Below, piece by piece: positions 7,967-15,133 of a stretch of 32,000 nt of DNA. The notes beneath the pieces are model-generated. The model had not been told where the DNA came from and did not search any database. It was given only the letters and a program-made list of their open reading frames with translations. The position numbers and the translations under genes were made by a program. Where the stretch lies: the NCBI GenBank assembly GCA_934691225.1, contig CAKUSQ010000001.1, positions 1-32,000 on the forward strand. Reading direction: 5' to 3'. Position 1 is the stretch's first letter. Each line of letters begins with the position of its first letter. Source of the DNA: an uncultured Opitutales bacterium (GTDB taxonomy: Bacteria > Verrucomicrobiota > Verrucomicrobiia > Opitutales > UBA9783).

Positions 7967-8836
7967 CTATAACTGGCTTGCTTTTTTAAAACATTCTTCC
8001 CAAAACAATTTAAATTCTTCTTGAGAAATTTTTTGAGGACAATATTTGTGTCCACCTAAATACTCAATTCCAACAAAATCTACTTCAGGAAAATCTTGTT
8101 TTAAGGCTACGGAAACATCGCTTAAATTCTTTACACGATCATCCACTAAAACGATAAACTTAGGAACCCAACCAACCTTCCTCAAAAACGCGCATAGAGC
8201 ACCCCCTTTCGTGGTTGGACCCTGTTCACTATTTGAACACAACACACCTTTATAAAAACAAGGGAAATTTGAACGGTAAGGTACACATTCATCTAAAACA
8301 AAATCTTCATTTTCGAAATTACCTTCAAAAGATAACTTCTTGGCTTTCAATTGCTCATAACGCAATACTTCCAAACGTTGAAAATCAAGGTAGTGCCCAG
8401 AAAATGTCGCTGTAAAAGCAATTTTCTTTGTTCCCTCTAATGATTTCAAAACGTCATAAATGCCTTCATCCACCAATCGTTGTGGTATTAAAAAAGAATA
8501 TAAAAATGGTAATGTTAAATCTAAATTCGGGTACTCTTTTACAATAGATCGATAAATTTTTATGTACTTTTTTACATTGGGAACATAAAAAGCAGGATGC
8601 TCCGGTTGTAACATTGTTAAATCAATATCAAACGCACATAGAATATCGTCCAAACTATACTTACTTATACGTTTTTTTAAGTAAGTTTCAACATCACACA
8701 TTCGATCAAATGTTTTACTAACCCCACTTTTACTTATTTTATCAATCAAACCCACAATAAACCAAGCTCCTATAAATACAATTACTACCTTTAAAAGTCT
8801 CATATGAATGCTAAAAAGTCCACTGAATTTTTTCAA
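7967..8836 (-). CDS. Membrane-anchored HAD-superfamily-like hydrolase (DUF2608-like), function unknown
   Basis: 289 aa. N-terminal hydrophobic helix LLKVVIVFIGAWFIVGL. HAD motif I DxDxT in AFDIDLTML. A late acidic motif VLVDDRVKNL resembles HAD motif IV. An alternative start at Met12 is possible. Confidence 0.5.
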   Translation of the reverse strand: MKKFSGLFSIHMRLLKVVIVFIGAWFIVGLIDKISKSGVSKTFDRMCDVETYLKKRISKYSLDDILCAFDIDLTMLQPEHPAFYVPNVKKYIKIYRSIVKEYPNLDLTLPFLYSFLIPQRLVDEGIYDVLKSLEGTKKIAFTATFSGHYLDFQRLEVLRYEQLKAKKLSFEGNFENEDFVLDECVPYRSNFPCFYKGVLCSNSEQGPTTKGGALCAFLRKVGWVPKFIVLVDDRVKNLSDVSVALKQDFPEVDFVGIEYLGGHKYCPQKISQEEFKLFWEECFKKASQL

Positions 8837-8859
8837 AAAACATCTACATTCAAGATAAA

Positions 8860-9993
8860 TTAGTATCTAAGCGCACGTTTAAGCAAAACAATGCCTAAAA
8901 CCTGAAAAATGATATTAGGTAACCAAATAAGTAAGTCAGGACGATACTGTGGCTTAGATTCCAACCATGATATTGCCATAACTACGAAATAAAAACTCAA
9001 AGCTAATCCAACCGCTAAAACAATATTAGCCGAAGTTTCTGCACGACTCAACTTAATCCCTAATGGAATAGCAATCAGAATCAACGAAAGAACAGCAAAA
9101 GACATAACTGCATTTTTTTGAATTTCTAGATTAACCGCAACTTTGTAATTGTAATTCTGACTTCCTTGAGTAGCATTTAAAACTTTACGCCGCTCTTGCA
9201 GCAACTCTGATAAAGTCATGTAACCTAACTTTTTGTAAAAAGTACTGCTACCTAGCAAAGATGCTAATGGCAAAGCAACTGCTGTATTTTCAAATGCAAC
9301 CACCTGCGTTTCAATTTTTCCATTCACATTGGTTGAATATTTTTCCCCCACACCTTGCAATAATGTCATTACAATGCTGTTTGCTTTTTCATCATACCTC
9401 AAAAAACCTTTTTCAGCATGTAAAAAAACATTAACGCCATTCTTTTGCCTATCATCCAACTCCCACAACCAACAATGATCCACCCAATCGTTACGTTTTT
9501 TTTCAATAAAAAACATATATCCAGGAAAATCCTTCACAAAACTTCCTGCTTGAATAAATTGCAATGGCCTTTGACGTATAATATTGCATAAGGCTGAACG
9601 ATAATACGAAATGGAATTAGGTCCCCAATAAAAATTAACTATAAGAGCAAATAAAGTTCCACTGGCAGCAATCAACACCAAAGGTGCTACAATGGCATAC
9701 AAACTAATACCCGAAGCTTTCATGGCAATCAATTCACTCTGTGAGGATAAACGACCAAGCACTAACAAAGTAGCTGTCAACAATCCTAAGGGCAATGCAT
9801 ATGCTATCATCGAAGGAATCAAATGAATTAACGTATTAAAAAAGAAAAACCAATTAATTTTTCCACTAGCTAACAAAGGTAAAACTTCTTTTAATGCATT
9901 CCCTACAATCAGTACGCCCACAAACAATGCGATAGTATTAACAGATGTCAAAAAAAATTGTCGGAACAAATATCGCTGAAGAGTATTGGGCAT
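8860..9993 (-). CDS. LptF/LptG-family LPS export permease (YjgP/YjgQ)
   Basis: 377 aa. The N-terminus MPNTLQRYLFRQFF is typical of the family. The layout is three TM segments, a large periplasmic beta-jellyroll-sized loop, then three TM segments. Confidence 0.85.
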   Translation of the reverse strand: MPNTLQRYLFRQFFLTSVNTIALFVGVLIVGNALKEVLPLLASGKINWFFFFNTLIHLIPSMIAYALPLGLLTATLLVLGRLSSQSELIAMKASGISLYAIVAPLVLIAASGTLFALIVNFYWGPNSISYYRSALCNIIRQRPLQFIQAGSFVKDFPGYMFFIEKKRNDWVDHCWLWELDDRQKNGVNVFLHAEKGFLRYDEKANSIVMTLLQGVGEKYSTNVNGKIETQVVAFENTAVALPLASLLGSSTFYKKLGYMTLSELLQERRKVLNATQGSQNYNYKVAVNLEIQKNAVMSFAVLSLILIAIPLGIKLSRAETSANIVLAVGLALSFYFVVMAISWLESKPQYRPDLLIWLPNIIFQVLGIVLLKRALRY

Positions 9994-10104
9994 ACAGTAT
10001 ACGTTATAACATATTTTAAGGACTTGTGTAGTAAATTTTTAATAAATCTCATGTGCAAAATAATATTTGCTATTTTTTATGAATCTGTATTTAGTAATTA
10101 TTGT

Positions 10105-11883
10105 ATGGGAATTTTAATTTTACCGGAAAATATTGCCAATCAAATTGCAGCCGGTGAAGTCATTGAGCGACCAACTAGCGTCGTTAAAGAGTTGCTCGAA
10201 AATAGTTTAGACGCACAAGCAAGTGATATCGAAATTCAATTCCGAGCTGGAGGCAGCACCTTCATTCAAATCACTGATAACGGTACTGGAATGACAGCTG
10301 ATGATGCCATTCTATGTTTTAAACGGCATGCAACCAGCAAATTAAAAACCTTTGATGACCTTCAAACGTTGCATTCTTTTGGATTTCGAGGCGAAGCAAT
10401 TCCATCCATTGCTAGTATTTCTAAGGTCAGTTTAACAACACGACACGCAAGTGCATCGTTAGGCACTCACATTGAATTTTATGGAGGTCAGCTTATAAAA
10501 CAAACCCTCTGTACATGCCCTATTGGAACCACTTTCACCGTTGAGCAGCTTTTTTACAATGTTCCTGCAAGACGCAAATTTTTAAAATCTGAAGCAACTG
10601 AATCCGCACATATCATTAACTGCGTACGTTTGTATGCTACCGTTTATCCTCATATTCACTTCAAACTTGTACAAGACCATCGTACCCTTTTATCCTCTCA
10701 ACCGCACGAAGATTTAAAAGATCGCATTCACGAATTATGGCCTAAACGCAATGTAAAACAATGGTTAACTTTGGATGCCAAACAAGAAAACCTAAGCATT
10801 TCAGGGCTTATTTCTTATCCCGGCGAAGGTGTTGCAAATGGTCAAGAAATTTACACATTTCTAAACCAGCGTCCTATCGCAAGTACATTTCTCCTAGGAA
10901 TTTTACGTGAAAGTTACCGAGGATTTTTACCGCCTAAAACGTATCCTTCTGCCTTTTTGTTTCTTCAAATACCCGAAAATGAAGTAGATATCAATGTGCA
11001 CCCAACCAAGCATGAAATTCGTTTAAAACATGAAATACTTGTTAAAAAATTCATTCATGATAGTCTACAACAATGTTTGAATGCAACCGGAAGCGAACCT
11101 TTAGGAATCACTCATACAGTACCATTCAAACAAAACTTTTTGCCACCGTTATCCTCTGTTTCAAACTCCAACGAGTGGATTTGTAAAAAAGAAATTACAC
11201 ATCACAATAAGGCAGCATCTTCAGTAAATATCACATGCACACATCAAAACAATATTAAACCTACTTACACACCTATCGCTCCTTTAGAAAACAAAATAGA
11301 GCCTAAAAAAGAATGTCTTAAATTCAAATTTTTTACTTTGTGGCAGAACCAATACGCTTTATTTGATGAATATCCATTCCTATTAATTCTTAATTGTAAA
11401 GGTGCGCAAAAACGCATTTGGTATGAACATATCTTAAAAAATTTAAAACAAGGTGAAATAGGTACCTTACAAACTTTACTTTTCCCACAAATAATCGAAC
11501 TTAATGAATTAGCATCTGCTTGCATCAGTGAATCCATTGATTATTTAACACTTCGAAAAATCTGTATTTTAAAACCAGTAAAAAACTGTCAATTTCAGTT
11601 AGAAGCTATGCCTCCATGGGTTCCACTTGCTCATACAGATCTATTTATCGATCAACTGATTGAAAGCTTAACTCACTATGGTCAAAATCAATCGCTAGAA
11701 CATTTATTTGAACCTCTTTTACAACGAATTTTAAAACAACACACTTTCCCTTCTATCGAAAGTCAAAATCAAGTTGAAAATTTATACCAGGAACTCAATC
11801 ACTGCCCCAATTATATTACAGAACCCAATGGAAATCCTTTATGGAAACGTTTATCCTTGGAAGAATTTTTTAAAAACCGCTAA
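10105..11883 (+). CDS. mutL: DNA mismatch repair protein MutL
   Basis: The track ORF starts at TTG 9958, but the conserved MutL N-terminus MGILILPENIANQIAAGEVIERPTSVVKELLENSLDA begins at ATG 10105. It has GHKL ATPase motifs (ENSLDA, DNGTGM). The C-terminal dimerisation domain is present but its endonuclease motifs are degenerate (see findings). Confidence 0.9.
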   Translation: MGILILPENIANQIAAGEVIERPTSVVKELLENSLDAQASDIEIQFRAGGSTFIQITDNGTGMTADDAILCFKRHATSKLKTFDDLQTLHSFGFRGEAIPSIASISKVSLTTRHASASLGTHIEFYGGQLIKQTLCTCPIGTTFTVEQLFYNVPARRKFLKSEATESAHIINCVRLYATVYPHIHFKLVQDHRTLLSSQPHEDLKDRIHELWPKRNVKQWLTLDAKQENLSISGLISYPGEGVANGQEIYTFLNQRPIASTFLLGILRESYRGFLPPKTYPSAFLFLQIPENEVDINVHPTKHEIRLKHEILVKKFIHDSLQQCLNATGSEPLGITHTVPFKQNFLPPLSSVSNSNEWICKKEITHHNKAASSVNITCTHQNNIKPTYTPIAPLENKIEPKKECLKFKFFTLWQNQYALFDEYPFLLILNCKGAQKRIWYEHILKNLKQGEIGTLQTLLFPQIIELNELASACISESIDYLTLRKICILKPVKNCQFQLEAMPPWVPLAHTDLFIDQLIESLTHYGQNQSLEHLFEPLLQRILKQHTFPSIESQNQVENLYQELNHCPNYITEPNGNPLWKRLSLEEFFKNR

Positions 11884-11885
11884 TT

Positions 11886-12719
11886 CTACTCAAAAAATAA
11901 GGTAGCTTGCGCAATTGTGGCTATTTTTTTGCAACTGTTTAAAAAACTAAAACCATCTACACCCTTTGAAACAATTAAATTTCCTCCAGGCATCTGAACT
12001 TTTAAGTCATAAGTGGTTTTATTAAAAATTGTTCCATAAGCGCAAGCCACTGCACATGCACTAGACCCTGAACCCAAAGTATATCCAGAACCTCTTTCGA
12101 AAATTTCAACGACAGCCCTATTTTCATATTCATTCCAACGAACAAATTGAACATTCGTCCTTTCTGGGAAAGCTTCATGTTTTTCTAAAATTTTTCCAAG
12201 CTGACAAGCAAGCGCATTCGTAGGATTATTCACGGGCACCACGCAATGCGGATTTCCCATGTTTATTTTGTACAAACTCAATTTTGAAGGCAATTCAAAA
12301 AGCTGCTGAAAATACGCTGGAACCTCCCATAAAATCTCATTGCTGCATACACCTTTACCCAATGCAACCTTAGAAACGATATTCCCCTGGTAATTTTGAT
12401 TAACAACTTTCACTTTGCAGTAAGGTGACGGTTGTATGTAAAACGTTTCATTCAATTCAACTAAGTTGACATCCTGTAAATAACGTGAAAATATCGTTAA
12501 ACCATTGCCACTTATTTCCGCCAAAGAACCATCTGCATTATAAATATCCACCTTCCAAGCATCATTAACACGCTTTGGACCAACAAGTACACCATCGCCT
12601 CCTAAACCATAGTGCCGATCACAAAGTTTTTTTACAATTTTTTCACTAATTTCTTTGTTATACTTAGGATCATAAACCCAATAATCATTACCTAAAGCCT
12701 GATATTTAACACAATTCAT
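11886..12719 (-). CDS. dapF: Diaminopimelate epimerase family protein (DapF-like; catalytic Cys pair replaced by Ser)
   Basis: The conserved start MNCVKYQALGNDYWV is at ATG 12719..12717, overlapping the mreD stop as ATGA. The upstream extension in the track ORF is unlikely. DapF blocks present: GNDY, YNADGSLAEISGNG, NMGNPHCV, HEAFPERTNVQF, FERGSGYTLGSGSSACA. Confidence 0.8.
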   Translation of the reverse strand: MNCVKYQALGNDYWVYDPKYNKEISEKIVKKLCDRHYGLGGDGVLVGPKRVNDAWKVDIYNADGSLAEISGNGLTIFSRYLQDVNLVELNETFYIQPSPYCKVKVVNQNYQGNIVSKVALGKGVCSNEILWEVPAYFQQLFELPSKLSLYKINMGNPHCVVPVNNPTNALACQLGKILEKHEAFPERTNVQFVRWNEYENRAVVEIFERGSGYTLGSGSSACAVACAYGTIFNKTTYDLKVQMPGGNLIVSKGVDGFSFLNSCKKIATIAQATLFFE

Positions 12720-13192
12720 AAAAAATATTTTTGTTGCATTTTTAACCAATTCACGGAAATCAGAGCAATAACTCCACCGGTAATCAACATCGAAGGTATA
12801 TAATTTAACAAAGCACTTAAATTTATCCCATGTTTCATCAAACAAACACTTACATAAATTCCATGAAAAACAAAATTTAATAAAAAACTGTAAAGACGCA
12901 CATGACACAAAAACATATTTTTAAAAACCATTGCGTTAAAAAGCAAGGTTGTTGAAGCTAGAACGCAGGCAGTTACCCCAAAAGGCAATCCACCATTTAA
13001 AGCATCATATAAATTTTCTAATATAAGTATCGCGCAAATACTTTCAAAACGATTTAAACAGTAAACCGAAAAGCAAATAAAAAAGCCTCCTAAATACACA
13101 TGCACATTAATTAAACTTCCTAACCATAATAAAACCAAAGCAAACAATTCATGCGTAATTACGAAATAAAATACTCGATCCAATGTCCTCAT
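12716..13192 (-). CDS. mreD: Rod shape-determining protein MreD (by position and topology)
   Basis: 158-aa, very hydrophobic, multi-TM protein immediately downstream of mreC. It has ATGA overlaps at both ends (13189-13192 and 12716-12719). No strong motif is recognisable. Confidence 0.6.
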   Translation of the reverse strand: MRTLDRVFYFVITHELFALVLLWLGSLINVHVYLGGFFICFSVYCLNRFESICAILILENLYDALNGGLPFGVTACVLASTTLLFNAMVFKNMFLCHVRLYSFLLNFVFHGIYVSVCLMKHGINLSALLNYIPSMLITGGVIALISVNWLKMQQKYFL

Positions 13193-14010
13193 AAAGTTAA
13201 TGTCGGTAAAAGTATACCTACTTCACGTACCCATTTAACATAATCACCTACCCTCACAGTTCCTACGTATTTCGAACCTTTTTTCTTTATCTCCAACAAT
13301 TGTCCAACATAAATATGATCTGGGAATTGTTGTCCTAAACGTGTTGTCTCGACACGCCTAGGGCACGCCAATATGTCACTCGCAACCATGTCTAACAACT
13401 GTCCTTTATAAGCATGTCGCCATCCTTTTTTATTCGTTAACCCACAAAACAAGTAAGAAGTTACATCTTTTTCTATATGCACTAACATCCTAAAATTAGG
13501 CGATGTTATAAGTTCAACAAAAGCAACCTTATCCTTAACTTTCGAAATTCTTCCAACAACACCTCCGGTACAAATAACTCCCTGTCCAACACAAACTCCA
13601 TCTCTAGCTCCTTTATCGATCACTAAAAACTGTGCCCACATTTCATAAGAACGATAAATAACATTCGCAGGTAAGCACTTAAAATTTTCACCCACATCTA
13701 TTTTATTAATTTCCAAAACACGTTTGGATAAATCAACAATATCCTGCGTTTCAGATAATTTTAATTTCAAATAAGCATTTTCACTTATTAGTTCACGTGT
13801 TTTATTAATCCACCACTGCTTAGATTGCCCCTGCAAAGCTATCGATTCCTGCAAATGTTGCAAACCTGAACAAAGTTTCAACATCGGAACTTGTGCTGTA
13901 AAAAAGCAATGTTGAATTTTTCCTTTAAATGAGAGTGGTAAAATGAAATTCCAAACAACTAAAAAAACAAAGGTCCAAACACAAAAAGAACGCCACGATT
14001 TTTTATGCAC
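13189..14010 (-). CDS. mreC: Rod shape-determining protein MreC
   Basis: 273 aa with a GTG start at 14010. It has an N-terminal TM segment, a coiled-coil segment, and then the MreC beta-barrel blocks VIDKGARDGVCVGQGVICTGGVVGRISKV and ELITSPNFRMLVHI. Confidence 0.85.
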   Translation of the reverse strand: MHKKSWRSFCVWTFVFLVVWNFILPLSFKGKIQHCFFTAQVPMLKLCSGLQHLQESIALQGQSKQWWINKTRELISENAYLKLKLSETQDIVDLSKRVLEINKIDVGENFKCLPANVIYRSYEMWAQFLVIDKGARDGVCVGQGVICTGGVVGRISKVKDKVAFVELITSPNFRMLVHIEKDVTSYLFCGLTNKKGWRHAYKGQLLDMVASDILACPRRVETTRLGQQFPDHIYVGQLLEIKKKGSKYVGTVRVGDYVKWVREVGILLPTLTL

Positions 14011-14014
14011 AAAA

Positions 14015-15040
14015 TCAATATTCCTCGTTCAACCAAAATGTTAAATTTTGTAATACAGCCCCTGTACCATTGGCTACAGCCCTTAATGGATCCTCTGCAA
14101 CAACTACTGGCAAATGCGTTGATTCACTGATTTTTCGATCCAAATTTCTAATCATTGATCCACCTCCAGCCAGCACAATCCCTCGATCTACCAAATCTGC
14201 TGCCAATTCAGGAGGGCACCGATCCAATGCCTGCCGAACCACTTCAACAATGGCTGACAAAGCATCAAAAAGAGCTTCACGAATTTCTGTTGAAGTAATC
14301 ATTACAGTTCTTGGAAGACCCGAAATGGTGTCGCGTCCTTTCACCTCCAAGGATAATTCTTCTTCTAATGGAGTTGCTGAACCTATCGCTATTTTAATAT
14401 CTTCAGCCATACGTTCACCAATCAGCAAATTATACGTTTTCTTTAAATGATTCATAATGGAAAGATCCATTTGATCACCACCCACACGCAAACTTTTTGT
14501 GAACACCATACCTGATAAAGATATGATCGCCACTTCCGTAGTTCCACCACCAATATCTACAATCATACTTGCAGCAGGTTCATCAATAGGTAATCCTACG
14601 CCAATAGCCGCTGCCATAGGTTCCTGTAATAGTAGAACTTCGCGTGCACCTGCATGAATAGCAGATTCCTTAACAGCTCTACGCTCTACCTCCGTAATTC
14701 CCGAAGGAACTGCAATAACAACACGCGGTGGCACAAATCGATGGTTGCGACAAACTTTATTGATAAAATAACGAAGCATGGCTTCCGTCACTTCAAAATC
14801 TGCGATAACCCCATCTTTCATAGGTCTTAAAGCCGTGATATTCCCAGGTGTACGCCCTAACATTTTTTTAGCTTCTAAACCAACGGCACGAACCTTCCGA
14901 CTTTTATTGTAAATCGCTACAACACTAGGCTCACTGAGCACAACCCCACGATCTTTTACAAAAACAAGAGTATTTGCGGTACCTAAATCGATACCTATAT
15001 CGTGAGACATAAAAGAAAATAGCTTGCCAAGGAACGACAT
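14015..15040 (-). CDS. mreB: Rod shape-determining actin homolog MreB
   Basis: 341 aa with DIGIDLGTANTLVFV, VVIAVPSGITEVERRAV, IVDIGGGTTEVAIISL and IVLAGGGS. Full-length actin/Hsp70-fold MreB. Confidence 0.95.
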   Translation of the reverse strand: MSFLGKLFSFMSHDIGIDLGTANTLVFVKDRGVVLSEPSVVAIYNKSRKVRAVGLEAKKMLGRTPGNITALRPMKDGVIADFEVTEAMLRYFINKVCRNHRFVPPRVVIAVPSGITEVERRAVKESAIHAGAREVLLLQEPMAAAIGVGLPIDEPAASMIVDIGGGTTEVAIISLSGMVFTKSLRVGGDQMDLSIMNHLKKTYNLLIGERMAEDIKIAIGSATPLEEELSLEVKGRDTISGLPRTVMITSTEIREALFDALSAIVEVVRQALDRCPPELAADLVDRGIVLAGGGSMIRNLDRKISESTHLPVVVAEDPLRAVANGTGAVLQNLTFWLNEEY

Positions 15041-15133
15041 ATTTGTTTTTTTCTATAATTAGACGTCTTTATGTATTTATAAAAGTTAACAATAAAGAAT
15101 AATTCGTCAAGCTAAAGAACAGATCATTTTATC

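Noticed and set aside
9958-10104. N-terminal extension of mutL from TTG 9958 (49 extra residues)
   Set aside because: The conserved MutL N-terminus starts at ATG 10105. The extension would overlap the divergent lptF/G-family gene start at 9993 and has no homology-like features.
12720-12908. N-terminal extension of dapF (63 extra residues), overlapping mreD
   Set aside because: The DapF consensus begins at MNCVKYQALGNDY (ATG 12719), which forms an ATGA junction with the mreD stop. The extension is the out-of-frame shadow of mreD.
14070-14450. 126-aa ORF antisense to mreB
   Set aside because: Shadow ORF within the highly conserved mreB. Its S/A/T-rich composition has no motifs.
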